The position numbers were made by a program, and so were the translations under genes. From an uncultured bacterium (GTDB lineage Bacteria; Cyanobacteriota; Cyanobacteriia; Cyanobacteriales; JAABRE01): a stretch of 64,000 nt of DNA. Below are positions 37,813 to 46,622 of this stretch, piece by piece (within the stretch, counting starts at the first letter, position 1; every line of letters begins with the position of its first letter). The stretch lies in assembly GCA_964413275.1 (NCBI GenBank), contig CAYPSO010000002.1:25248-89247 (forward strand), written 5' to 3'. The notes beneath the pieces were generated by a model. That model had not been told where the DNA came from and did no database searches. It saw nothing but the letters and a program-made list of their open reading frames with translations.

Positions 37813-39015
37813 TCAATAATTAATGTGCTTTTTTATTAATAAGTTAAATAAGTGTGAGCGAATAAATAAAACAATAATTACTAAAAGAATAATAAAAGCG
37901 GTTCTTACTTGATGAATGCCCGTTAATTCTAATGCTCCTAGATAATGAGAACCTAAAAAAACAGCATGAATAATAATTAAAATAAAAGCTGGAACACTTA
38001 ATAAATGAATTTGTCGCCAGTGCTTACCTAATACTTTTTGAAGAGTATCAAAACTGGTGATAGCAGCAGGAGTTAATAAGATAAGTGCCACAATTCCTGC
38101 GATCGCACCATATTTATGTTGAGGTAACATAAATGAGATGGCGTCTAAATTCCAATTTAAGGAATGCTCCAACATATGTGCTGTATGTGCCAAAGCTAAA
38201 ATAAAGCCACCCACCCCAAAAACCCGACGATACTGCAAAGGTGCAGCCCAAAATCTACTCAGAGGACGAGCAACTAGGGCGATCGCCAATAACAATAAAG
38301 CACCATGTCCGGTATAATCTATCATGGCATCAGTGCGTAACAAAGTTAAAATACCAATGCCTAAAGTTATCCAACCACCTAGTCTAAATAATTGACTGCG
38401 TTTATCTGCACTTAACTTAGAAGTAGAAATTCCCACTCCTAACATCATCGGTATAGTACCTAAACCAAAACAGAGCATAGTTATTGCTCCCCCAAATATA
38501 TCCCCTGTTTCGATGGCCTTCAGTTGAGCAGCATATAAAAAACCACAGGGAATCAAACCCCAAAAAGTTCCCAGAATCCCTGGTGTCCACCAATATTTTT
38601 GATCGGAAACTCGATTCATTCCCGAACTAAGTTGTTGATGCAAACCTCCTTCTAAAGGGTGTAAAAAAGGTAAATGGGGCAACCAATTTGGTTTAATATT
38701 GCCTAAGCCAAACCAAATTAACATCAAACCCGTAAAAATAGCCATACCTTGGCGAAAATTACTCCCAATGCCCATTAATTGGCCACTGGCCACAAAAACT
38801 GAACTTAGTCCACCTAAAGCTCCTCCCACTAAAGCATAACTAATTATTCTGCCTATGTTCAAAAGAAGGTGAAATTTGAACATTTCTAGGGCTTTTGTGG
38901 CTGAATTTGATGATTGGGATAAGGAAAAAGCAACCGTTAAAGGGCCACACATTCCTACGCAATGACCAAAACTTCCCACAAATCCTAGGGCTATAATCAG
39001 GAGCAAATCTAACAC
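37813..39015 (-). CDS. Membrane protein fusing a DsbD_2-type domain (HCxxMCGP) to a ferric-reductase/MsrQ-like heme-binding domain
   Basis: N-terminal GSFGHCVGMCGPL motif plus ~6 TM. The C-terminal ~170 aa carry YedZ/MsrQ-like features (RRVFGVGGFILALAHTAH ... GKHWRQIHLLSVPAFILIIIHAV). Confidence 0.7.
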   Translation of the reverse strand: MLDLLLIIALGFVGSFGHCVGMCGPLTVAFSLSQSSNSATKALEMFKFHLLLNIGRIISYALVGGALGGLSSVFVASGQLMGIGSNFRQGMAIFTGLMLIWFGLGNIKPNWLPHLPFLHPLEGGLHQQLSSGMNRVSDQKYWWTPGILGTFWGLIPCGFLYAAQLKAIETGDIFGGAITMLCFGLGTIPMMLGVGISTSKLSADKRSQLFRLGGWITLGIGILTLLRTDAMIDYTGHGALLLLAIALVARPLSRFWAAPLQYRRVFGVGGFILALAHTAHMLEHSLNWNLDAISFMLPQHKYGAIAGIVALILLTPAAITSFDTLQKVLGKHWRQIHLLSVPAFILIIIHAVFLGSHYLGALELTGIHQVRTAFIILLVIIVLFIRSHLFNLLIKKHINY

Positions 39016-39035
39016 TATCTTTATTGTTATTTAAT

Positions 39036-39108
39036 CGAACCACGAACTACGAACTACGCTCGCGAAAGCGACGGCGAAGCCTCCCCACGAACTACTAACT
39101 ATAAACTA
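39036..39108. repeat. Heptanucleotide repeat tract interrupted by a GC-rich segment
   Basis: CGAACCA CGAACTA CGAACTA (39036-39056), then GC-rich CGCTCGCGAAAGCGACGGCGAAGCCTCCCCA, then CGAACTA CTAACTA TAAACTA (39088-39108). The last tract overlaps the stop codon of the epimerase gene. Confidence 0.75.
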
Positions 39109-40043
39109 TTTATCCATTCCCATTCTTTGATTAAACCATCCCGTAAAGATACTTTTGGTTGATAATTTAAGATTTTTTGAGCCTTAGATACATCAGCACT
39201 GGTATGCCTAGCATCTCCCTTGGCATTTTCAATATAAGTGCGTTTGAGGGGGCGTTCAATAATTTCTTCAATGGTATTAAGCACATCCGCTAAAACAACT
39301 CGACTCCCGCCACCAATATTAAATACTTCTCCCGCCGCTTCAGGCACTAATCCAGCAGCAAGATTAGCTGCAACGGCATCGTCAATGAAAGTAAAATCCC
39401 TAGTTTGTTGTCCATCGCCATAAATGCTAATTTCTTCATCTAAAAGGGCTGCTTTAAAAAACTTATGAAAAGCCATATCAGGACGTTGACGAGGCCCATA
39501 TACAGTAAAATAACGTAAACTGGTTACGGGTACTCCGAAATTTTGATAATATAAACTTCCTAGACGCTCTGCTGCTAACTTAGTAATGCCGTAGGGAGAA
39601 ACAGGTTGAGGACAAACATCTTCTGAAGTGGGAAAAGTTTCTGCATTACCATAAACAGAAGAACTAGAAGCCATTACCAAACTCTTTAAGTGAGTATTAT
39701 TTTTAGCACCTTCTAAAATAACTTGGGTAGCATTAATATTTTTTTCTGTATAATCACGAAAACTTTTACCCCAACTAGCTCGCACCCCTGCTTGAGCTGC
39801 TTGGTGATAAACTACATCAACACCTGTTAATAATTGATTCCAATCTAAATTCAATAAATCAGTCTCAATTAATTCAAAATTAGGATAACTAGCTAAAAAA
39901 CTTACATTCTTCCGCTTTAATTGAGGATCGTAATAATCATTAAATTCATCAATACCAATGACCTTCTCCCCTAATTTTAATAAAGCTTCCGCCAAATGAG
40001 AACCAATAAAACCAGCCACACCAGTAATTAGATAAATTGCCAT
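39099..40043 (-). CDS. NAD-dependent nucleotide-sugar epimerase/dehydratase (SDR family)
   Basis: Rossmann motif TGVAGFIGSH and catalytic YGITK (YxxxK). 314 aa. Confidence 0.9.
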   Translation of the reverse strand: MAIYLITGVAGFIGSHLAEALLKLGEKVIGIDEFNDYYDPQLKRKNVSFLASYPNFELIETDLLNLDWNQLLTGVDVVYHQAAQAGVRASWGKSFRDYTEKNINATQVILEGAKNNTHLKSLVMASSSSVYGNAETFPTSEDVCPQPVSPYGITKLAAERLGSLYYQNFGVPVTSLRYFTVYGPRQRPDMAFHKFFKAALLDEEISIYGDGQQTRDFTFIDDAVAANLAAGLVPEAAGEVFNIGGGSRVVLADVLNTIEEIIERPLKRTYIENAKGDARHTSADVSKAQKILNYQPKVSLRDGLIKEWEWINSL

Positions 40044-40130
40044 AATTAATTAATCCTAAACATTTATTCTAGTTTTATAGTGTCTCATAAAAGTTAAAAT
40101 AACAACTGGCATATTGAGCAAGAGGTAAAA

Positions 40131-41399
40131 GTGAAAGTTTTAGTAATTGGTAATGGTGGCAGAGAACACGCTTTAGCATGGAAACTGATACAATCAGAAA
40201 AAGTTGAACAGGTTTATTGCGCTCCGGGTAATGGAGGTACAGCAACTCTTCAAGGCTGTCAAAATCTGCCTATCGCTGTAGATGACTTTAAAAGTATTAG
40301 TGAGGCGATCGCCTCCTATAATATTAATTTAGTAATAGTTGGCCCTGAATTACCTCTATCTTTGGGCATTACCGATTACTTAACTAAACATAATAATAAT
40401 ATTCCTGTTTTTGGCCCAACTCAACAGGGTGCAACCCTCGAATCTAGTAAATCTTGGGCTAAAGATTTAATGGTTGAAGCAGGGATACCCACCGCCAAAT
40501 CAGAAACTTTTACCGACATAGAAAAAGCCTTAAATTACCTCAATCAACAAACAGCTCCCATTGTGGTTAAAGCCGACGGTTTAGCCGCAGGTAAAGGGGT
40601 AATTGTGGCTCAAACTTTAACAGAAGCTGAAAGTGCTGTTAAAGAGCTATTTAAAGATGGTTTTACTAAATTAATTATTGAAGAATTTTTAACTGGGCAA
40701 GAAGTTTCGGTGCTTGCTATTACTGATGGTATTACTATTTGTCCTTTATTGCCTTCTCAAGACCATAAACAGATAGGAGAAGGAGATACGGGTAATAATA
40801 CCGGAGGTATGGGAGCTTATGCACCTACACCGATAGCTACTTCTGCTATTATGGCAAGAGTAGAACGAGAAATTTTGCAACCAACCCTAACTGCACTACA
40901 ACAAAAAGGAATTGATTACCGAGGAATTATTTATGCAGGTTTGATGATTACCCCCGAAGGTGAACCAAAAGTTTTAGAATATAATTGTCGATTTGGCGAT
41001 CCTGAAACTCAAGCTGTTTTATCATTATTAGAGACACCTTTAGACGAAATTATTTTAGCTTGCTGTCAACAAAAATTAGCCCAATTACCTCCTCTCAAAT
41101 GGAATTCCGGTAGCGCTGTTTGCGTAGTCATGGCCAGTGGCGGTTATCCCGATACTTATGCTAAAGGTAAAGTAATTACAGGGATAGAAATGGCTGAAAA
41201 AGTTCCTGCTGTAGTCTTTCATGCCGGCACAAAATTAGATGGTGAGAGAATAATTACTGACGGGGGGAGAGTCTTAGGGGTTACCGCCGTGGCAGTCAAT
41301 TTTGACCAATCTATCAATCTTGCCTATGAGGCAGTTAAGCAAATTTACTTTGAGGATATGTACTATAGAAAGGATATTGGCCATAGAGTAAAGAGATAA
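40131..41399 (+). CDS. purD: Phosphoribosylamine-glycine ligase
   Basis: Full-length PurD (VLVIGNGGREHALAWK, ATP-grasp core, NCRFGDPETQ). GTG start. Confidence 0.95.
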   Translation: MKVLVIGNGGREHALAWKLIQSEKVEQVYCAPGNGGTATLQGCQNLPIAVDDFKSISEAIASYNINLVIVGPELPLSLGITDYLTKHNNNIPVFGPTQQGATLESSKSWAKDLMVEAGIPTAKSETFTDIEKALNYLNQQTAPIVVKADGLAAGKGVIVAQTLTEAESAVKELFKDGFTKLIIEEFLTGQEVSVLAITDGITICPLLPSQDHKQIGEGDTGNNTGGMGAYAPTPIATSAIMARVEREILQPTLTALQQKGIDYRGIIYAGLMITPEGEPKVLEYNCRFGDPETQAVLSLLETPLDEIILACCQQKLAQLPPLKWNSGSAVCVVMASGGYPDTYAKGKVITGIEMAEKVPAVVFHAGTKLDGERIITDGGRVLGVTAVAVNFDQSINLAYEAVKQIYFEDMYYRKDIGHRVKR

Positions 41400-41412
41400 A
41401 TAATCACTCAAA

Positions 41413-43407
41413 ATGTTACAAAAAATCCGAGAAATATTTGTTCACTGGTGGTCAGAATTCGCCCTACAGACTAAGTTAATGGCTGTAGGAACTTTAGCTG
41501 TCTCTTTATTAATGAGCGGTTTAACCTTCTGGGCTGTGAATACTATTCAACAAGATGCCCGTTTTAACGATACTCGTTTTGGTCGAGATTTAGGGTTGTT
41601 ATTGGCGACAAATACAGCACCAATGTTAGCAGAAAATGATTTAACGAGCATAGCTCAATTTTCTAGTCGTTTTTATAATAGTACCTCAAGTGTGCGTTAT
41701 CTTCTTTATGCCGATGGAGATGGTGATATTTTTTTTGGGATTCCCTATTCAGAAGCGGCGGTAGAAAATTCCCTCACGATTAAACGTCGTATTCAATTAC
41801 CCGAAAATTATAATACTAATTCAGAAATACCTTTTATTAAACAACATCTAACTCCTAATGGAGAAATTACTGATGTTTTTATCCCTTTAATTTATGAAGG
41901 TAAATATTTAGGTGTTTTAGCCCTGGGGATTAATCCTAATGCGACTGTAGTTGCTTCTTCTAATTTAACTAGAGATGTTACCATTGCGGTGTTTGTTTCT
42001 ATTTGGGCGATGGTAATTTTGGGGGCAGTTTTTAATGCTTTAACTATTACTAGACCAATTAAAGAGTTGGTAGTAGGGGTGAAAAATATTGCTGCTGGTA
42101 ATTTTAAACAAAGAGTTGATTTACCCTTGGGAGGAGAATTAGGGGAATTAATTTATAGTTTTAATGAAATGGCCGAAAAATTAGAAAGATATGAAGAACA
42201 AAATATTGAAGAATTAACCGCAGAAAAGGCTAAATTAGAAACTTTAGTTTCTACCATTGCTGATGGTGCGGTTTTATTAGATCCAGAATTAAATACTATT
42301 TTGGTTAACCCTGCGGCTCGGAAAATGTTTGCGTGGATTGATGAGGATGTAATGGGCAAAAATGTACTTCATCATTTACCGCCTGCTTTAACTGTTAAAC
42401 TTACTCGTCCTCTTTATCAAATTAGTAAAGGTGAAACTACTGGAGAGGAAAGTAGCTCAGATCATGAACATAATTATTCTTCTCCTGAATATAGAATTAC
42501 TTTAAATGAACCTAACCAACGTATATTTAGAGTCTTTGTCAATCGAGTTTTGGATCAATCTAAAGAAATTATTAAAGGTATCGGTTTAACAGTTCAAGAT
42601 ATTACTAGAGAAGTAGAATTAAACGAAGCCAAAGGTCAATTTATTAGTAATGTTTCCCACGAATTAAGAACTCCTTTATTTAATATTAAATCTTTTATTG
42701 AAACCCTCTGTGAATATGGAGATGATTTAACAGAAACAGAAAAAAAAGAATTTTTAGAAACTGCCAATAAAGAAACAGATAGACTCGCTCGCTTAGTTAA
42801 TGATGTACTTGATTTATCTCGTTTAGAATCAGCTAAAATCTACGAACTTAACCCGGTAGAAATTATTCAACCTATCGAACAAACTCTAAGAAATTATCAA
42901 CTTAATGCTAGGGATAAAGGTATTACATTAGAGCAAGAAATTGAGGAAGATTTACCACCAGTTTTAGGACATTACGATCTTTTATTGCAGTTATTAACTA
43001 ATCTTGTGGGTAATTCTCTTAAATTTACCGAGTCAGGGGGAAAAGTTTTAGTTCGTGCTTATCAAGTTGAATATAAAAATAGATTAACTCAAGTAAATAA
43101 AATTAGAATAGAAATATCAGATACTGGAATTGGTATCGATCAAGAAGATCAACAAGCGATTTTTGACCGTTTTTTCCGTGTAGAAAATAGGGTACATACT
43201 TTAGAAGGTACAGGTTTAGGTCTTTCAATTGTTAAAAATATTATTGAAAAACATTTTAGCCAAATAAATTTAATTAGCGAAGTTGGTGTGGGAACAACTT
43301 TTTGGTTTGATTTAGATATTTATCAAGAAGAAGAAATAACAAAAGCAGACTTTAAAAATACTCATTTGCCTTTGAATAATAATAAATATTTAGATAGTAT
43401 ATTATAA
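41413..43407 (+). CDS. nblS: Sensor histidine kinase NblS/Hik33 (DspA) type
   Basis: N-terminus WWSEF.LQTKLMAVGTLAVSLLMSGLTFWAVNTIQ.DAR..DTRFGRDLGLLLA is the conserved NblS signature. Followed by HAMP, PAS, H-box SHELRTPL, and G-boxes DTGIGI and GTGLGLSIV. Confidence 0.85.
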   Translation: MLQKIREIFVHWWSEFALQTKLMAVGTLAVSLLMSGLTFWAVNTIQQDARFNDTRFGRDLGLLLATNTAPMLAENDLTSIAQFSSRFYNSTSSVRYLLYADGDGDIFFGIPYSEAAVENSLTIKRRIQLPENYNTNSEIPFIKQHLTPNGEITDVFIPLIYEGKYLGVLALGINPNATVVASSNLTRDVTIAVFVSIWAMVILGAVFNALTITRPIKELVVGVKNIAAGNFKQRVDLPLGGELGELIYSFNEMAEKLERYEEQNIEELTAEKAKLETLVSTIADGAVLLDPELNTILVNPAARKMFAWIDEDVMGKNVLHHLPPALTVKLTRPLYQISKGETTGEESSSDHEHNYSSPEYRITLNEPNQRIFRVFVNRVLDQSKEIIKGIGLTVQDITREVELNEAKGQFISNVSHELRTPLFNIKSFIETLCEYGDDLTETEKKEFLETANKETDRLARLVNDVLDLSRLESAKIYELNPVEIIQPIEQTLRNYQLNARDKGITLEQEIEEDLPPVLGHYDLLLQLLTNLVGNSLKFTESGGKVLVRAYQVEYKNRLTQVNKIRIEISDTGIGIDQEDQQAIFDRFFRVENRVHTLEGTGLGLSIVKNIIEKHFSQINLISEVGVGTTFWFDLDIYQEEEITKADFKNTHLPLNNNKYLDSIL

Positions 43408-43499
43408 ATATAGTCTTGACAAATGCAATTAATCATGATTTTGGCTAGTCAAAAATCAAGCAAAGAATTATATTAAAAGTAAACAATAATCAGAAAAAA

Positions 43500-43823
43500 A
43501 TGGATAATAAAGATTGGCTCAAACAATTATTAATGATAGGAGTAGGAACAACCTCTCTAGTAGCTGAGAAATTAAAAGAAGTCAGCGAAGAATGGGTAAA
43601 AGAAGGAAAAATCAATCCAGATCAAGCTAAGAATTTTGTTGACGATCTAATGTCGGGTATAAATTCCGAACAGAATAACTTTGAAGCTCAGATGGAAAGG
43701 CAATTAAAGAGAATTTTACAGGATTTAGGAGTACCAAGACAGTCAGAAGTGGACGAATTAAGAGGTAGAATTGATAGATTGGAACGTCAGATTAGAGATT
43801 TAGAAAATAAACTTTGGCGTTAA
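43500..43823 (+). CDS. Phasin-like small coiled-coil protein (COG3937-type)
   Basis: 107 aa. N-terminal [15 protein letters not shown] and a C-terminal coiled coil ([19 protein letters not shown]). Confidence 0.6.
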   Translation: MDNKDWLKQLLMIGVGTTSLVAEKLKEVSEEWVKEGKINPDQAKNFVDDLMSGINSEQNNFEAQMERQLKRILQDLGVPRQSEVDELRGRIDRLERQIRDLENKLWR

Positions 43824-43852
43824 ACTATAGCAATCAAGAGGATCGTTTAACA

Positions 43853-44401
43853 ATGAGAGAAATATTAGTTAGTTTTACAGTCATTGTAGCTTTTACTGTC
43901 TTGCTGTTGGTATCATCTCTAAAGAACAATAACCAACAGATAAGTAGTTTTACTACACCTGTGGCTTTAGCCGATGAATTAAACAATTCTACCGCAATAG
44001 TCGCTCAACAAACAGAAGTTAATCCTGGAGAAGAATTAAAGATAATGAATTTAGAAAATGCCATTACTACAGAGTCTGGATTAAAGTATATAGAATCCGT
44101 AGGAGGAGATGGAGCAACCCCCGAAACAGGGCAAACCGTTGTTGTACACTATACAGGAACTTTAACAGATGGTAGTGTTTTTGATAGTTCTAGGGAAAGA
44201 AATCGTCCTTTTTCCTTCAAAATCGGTGTTGGACAAGTTATTGCGGGTTGGGATGAAGGAGTAGGCACGATGAAGGTAGGTGGCCGTCGTACTCTAATAA
44301 TACCTCCTGAATTGGGTTATGGTTCTCGTGGTGCTGGTGGAGTAATTCCTCCCAATGCAACTTTAATTTTTGATGTGGAATTACTCAAAATTGCGGCTTA
44401 A
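43853..44401 (+). CDS. FKBP-type peptidyl-prolyl cis-trans isomerase with N-terminal membrane anchor
   Basis: C-terminal FKBP domain ([45 protein letters not shown]). I prefer ATG 43853 ([12 protein letters not shown]..) to the track's 43814 start, which overlaps the upstream gene. Confidence 0.88.
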   Translation: MREILVSFTVIVAFTVLLLVSSLKNNNQQISSFTTPVALADELNNSTAIVAQQTEVNPGEELKIMNLENAITTESGLKYIESVGGDGATPETGQTVVVHYTGTLTDGSVFDSSRERNRPFSFKIGVGQVIAGWDEGVGTMKVGGRRTLIIPPELGYGSRGAGGVIPPNATLIFDVELLKIAA

Positions 44402-44434
44402 TATTTTGCTTTTTATTAGATAAAAATTCCTAGT

Positions 44435-44460
44435 GCGGGCAAAATGCCCGCAAAAAAAAA
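44435..44460. terminator. GC hairpin plus A9 run between the FKBP gene and tRNA-Pro (weak terminator candidate)
   Basis: Stem GCGGGCA/TGCCCGC (44435-44441 / 44445-44451) with loop AAA, followed by A9 on the plus strand. There is no downstream U-tract for either transcript, so function is uncertain. Confidence 0.35.
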
Positions 44461-44476
44461 TTTAGTTGAAATCACA

Positions 44477-44550
44477 TCGGGATGACTGGATTTGAACCAG
44501 CGACTCCCGCTTCCCGAAAGCGATGCGCTACCAAGCTGCGCTACATCCCG
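44477..44550 (-). tRNA. trnP: tRNA-Pro (anticodon CGG)
   Basis: Minus-strand cloverleaf: acceptor CGGGATG/CATCCCG, D-stem GCGC/GCGC, anticodon stem TCGCT/AGCGG with loop TTCGGGA, T-arm GCTGG-TTCAAAT-CCAGT, discriminator A. Confidence 0.9.
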
Positions 44551-44626
44551 TTTTAGCCAATTATAACCTAAAAATAAACAAAATTGAACTTAAGTAAACT
44601 GAATTTGAAAGCAAAAGAATAAAAGT

Positions 44627-45019
44627 TTAACTATTTCTGTTTTGTGGTTTATAACCATTTTCAAAAAACTTAATTAATTTTGCCTTTTTTGCTAACTTTC
44701 GACCCATATCTTCAGCATTTTTCATTTCTTTTTCAGGATGAGGAAGATTAATAATACTAACGTGATTTTCCCTATCTTGAATTGCATCTAAATCCAATTC
44801 TCTAATATCATTTACCGATAATTCAGCCACACCCCAACTCTTAAACTTTTGATAACTTTCTACATCCAAATTACAGGATAAATATTCTTCATAATCATTA
44901 AGTTTTTGCTTAAACTTTCTAATAAAAGCTTCAGGTCTAACTTCATTAGTATCAGGGTCAATCCACTGACGTTTTAAGATAATACGATAAACTAAAGTAT
45001 CATTTGATAACTCATTCAC
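44627..45019 (-). CDS. Hypothetical 130-aa protein (third gene of the tRNA-Pro-adjacent operon)
   Basis: GTG start 6 nt after the stop of the upstream gene. No motif I recognise. Confidence 0.65.
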   Translation of the reverse strand: MNELSNDTLVYRIILKRQWIDPDTNEVRPEAFIRKFKQKLNDYEEYLSCNLDVESYQKFKSWGVAELSVNDIRELDLDAIQDRENHVSIINLPHPEKEMKNAEDMGRKLAKKAKLIKFFENGYKPQNRNS

Positions 45020-45025
45020 TACAAT

Positions 45026-45778
45026 TTAAACAGAAGTAATTGGATTATTATTAGATAACCAACGCAAAAGATTAGAGATGTAATCTATAGCAGTATTAAC
45101 CGTTATTGTCTTCAATTTGCTATTGTCTCCTTGATAGTAATAAATATAACTTTCTAAATCTTTACAAAATGGAACTTTAACTTTTACTTCCTTATCAAAC
45201 TCCTGATTTCTCCAGATTAAATTAATACCTCCCCGACTATCTAAAGAAGAAAAGCCACAAGGAAAAGCATCGCCTAATGCTTTATAGAGTTCATCAAGTA
45301 AATTTTTTGAAGCTGAAAAAGCATATTCTGAAGGAAGATAAATTTCATCTTCATCATTTTCATCTAAATCACAGTCTATTTCTTGTAACTCTAAAAGACG
45401 ATTTAAAGTGATTTGGAAATTAGAATTAACCGATATTTTCTCAATATTAAAAGTAGATATTTCTTGAGAAATAACAAGAGAAGAATCCTCAAAATACTTA
45501 TTATCTTCTAATTTTATAATATTTTCTAATTCTTGTATTGCTTTATCTAAAGCATTTCTACTTCTTAAACTGCTTAAGATTAATAAGCCTTTTAACAAGC
45601 TAATTAATCTATCATTAAATTCCTCTTGATTAATCTCAACTTGAATAGATAAATTTGAAGTAACATTTGGAGTTTCTAATTGATAAATAGAGTTAACTTC
45701 ATTTTTCTCTTCATAATTTCTTCTAATGATAACATTTTTATTCAAGAAGTTTGGGTAACATAACATTATGGAGGTCAT
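45026..45778 (-). CDS. Hypothetical protein (second gene of the operon)
   Basis: Preferred start ATG 45778, with GGAG 8 nt upstream. The track's 45883 start would overlap the upstream gene by 146 nt. Acidic linker DCDLDENDEDE and a beta-rich C-terminal half. Confidence 0.6.
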   Translation of the reverse strand: MTSIMLCYPNFLNKNVIIRRNYEEKNEVNSIYQLETPNVTSNLSIQVEINQEEFNDRLISLLKGLLILSSLRSRNALDKAIQELENIIKLEDNKYFEDSSLVISQEISTFNIEKISVNSNFQITLNRLLELQEIDCDLDENDEDEIYLPSEYAFSASKNLLDELYKALGDAFPCGFSSLDSRGGINLIWRNQEFDKEVKVKVPFCKDLESYIYYYQGDNSKLKTITVNTAIDYISNLLRWLSNNNPITSV

Positions 45779-46523
45779 CGGTAATACTCCATCGGAAAAG
45801 CTTTCCTGATAATTTATTAAAGGTTTTGAGAGTGTTCCAGACATATTCATTTTCCTTTTTTCCTTCACTAAAAAAATTTGCATCTAATAAATAACAAAAT
45901 TCTTTTTCTTTAGTATTTGAATCTTCAGCTATAACCAACCCGTGATTAAAGTTTATTTTTCCCTCTTCAAGTTGTATCTCCATATTTTTTAATATTGTTG
46001 TTAAACAGGGAGAAAATATAGGACTATGTAATTCTGAAGCAATCTCAGCTTTAATTAATTCAGACCAAGGTTTATCAGGTATTTCTAGTTTTGAACGCTG
46101 GATTAAATCTTTATATCTTAAAGCTATTCTTAAATAAAAACTGTTATCATAAATTTCTTCAAAAGCAGTTAAAGCTTTTTTAATTTTAGTTTCAAACTCC
46201 TCATATCTTTGATATTTAGTAGTAGCTAAAGTAATAAAATCTTTGTTAAGTGATAATTGCCATGTTAAATCTTCTGACTGAAAATTATGAGTAATATTTT
46301 GGCTAGGTAAAGTAGTACCTAAACTCTTAACTAAATTAAGTAATTCAGGTGGTATATTTGGTTGAGATTGTTTATAAATAGGATAATCACGACGGATTTT
46401 ATCCTGAAATTCAAAAGGTTCTTGATTATTAATTCTTAAAATAGTAGGAAAATGCAATTGACACACAACTTCAATTAAAGGATTGCGTTGATATATTACT
46501 CTTTGGTAATCGGGTAGTTGCAT
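45738..46523 (-). CDS. TIGR04255-like uncharacterised protein (first gene of the operon)
   Basis: From ATG 46523: MQLPDYQRVIYQRNPLIEVVCQLHF.., central RIALRYKDLI and LLDANFF blocks. I recognise this pattern from the TIGR04255 family (function unknown). Confidence 0.65.
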   Translation of the reverse strand: MQLPDYQRVIYQRNPLIEVVCQLHFPTILRINNQEPFEFQDKIRRDYPIYKQSQPNIPPELLNLVKSLGTTLPSQNITHNFQSEDLTWQLSLNKDFITLATTKYQRYEEFETKIKKALTAFEEIYDNSFYLRIALRYKDLIQRSKLEIPDKPWSELIKAEIASELHSPIFSPCLTTILKNMEIQLEEGKINFNHGLVIAEDSNTKEKEFCYLLDANFFSEGKKENEYVWNTLKTFNKLSGKLFRWSITDDLHNVMLPKLLE

Positions 46524-46622
46524 TTTTAAAAATTTTTTACTCAACAAGACTGATCTATCATAGCTTAGTCTTGATTTACTCTCTTGTATTCTTTAGTCTT
46601 GTTAACACCTTTTTGTAAAAAC

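Noticed and set aside
43814-43852. Track start (43814) for the FKBP gene
   Set aside because: It is a non-ATG start overlapping the phasin-like gene. ATG 43853 gives a clean signal-anchor N-terminus.
44435-44626. tRNA-Pro as a classical integration site (att repeat or integrase) for the three-gene cassette
   Set aside because: The cassette is on the 5' side of the tRNA. I found no copy of the tRNA 3' end near 46548-46622 and no integrase. The island interpretation therefore rests only on composition and gene content.
45779-45883. Longer 285-aa version of the second operon gene, starting at 45883
   Set aside because: It would overlap the upstream gene by 146 nt. The internal ATG 45778 has a GGAG at proper spacing. 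The longer form is kept as a possibility only.
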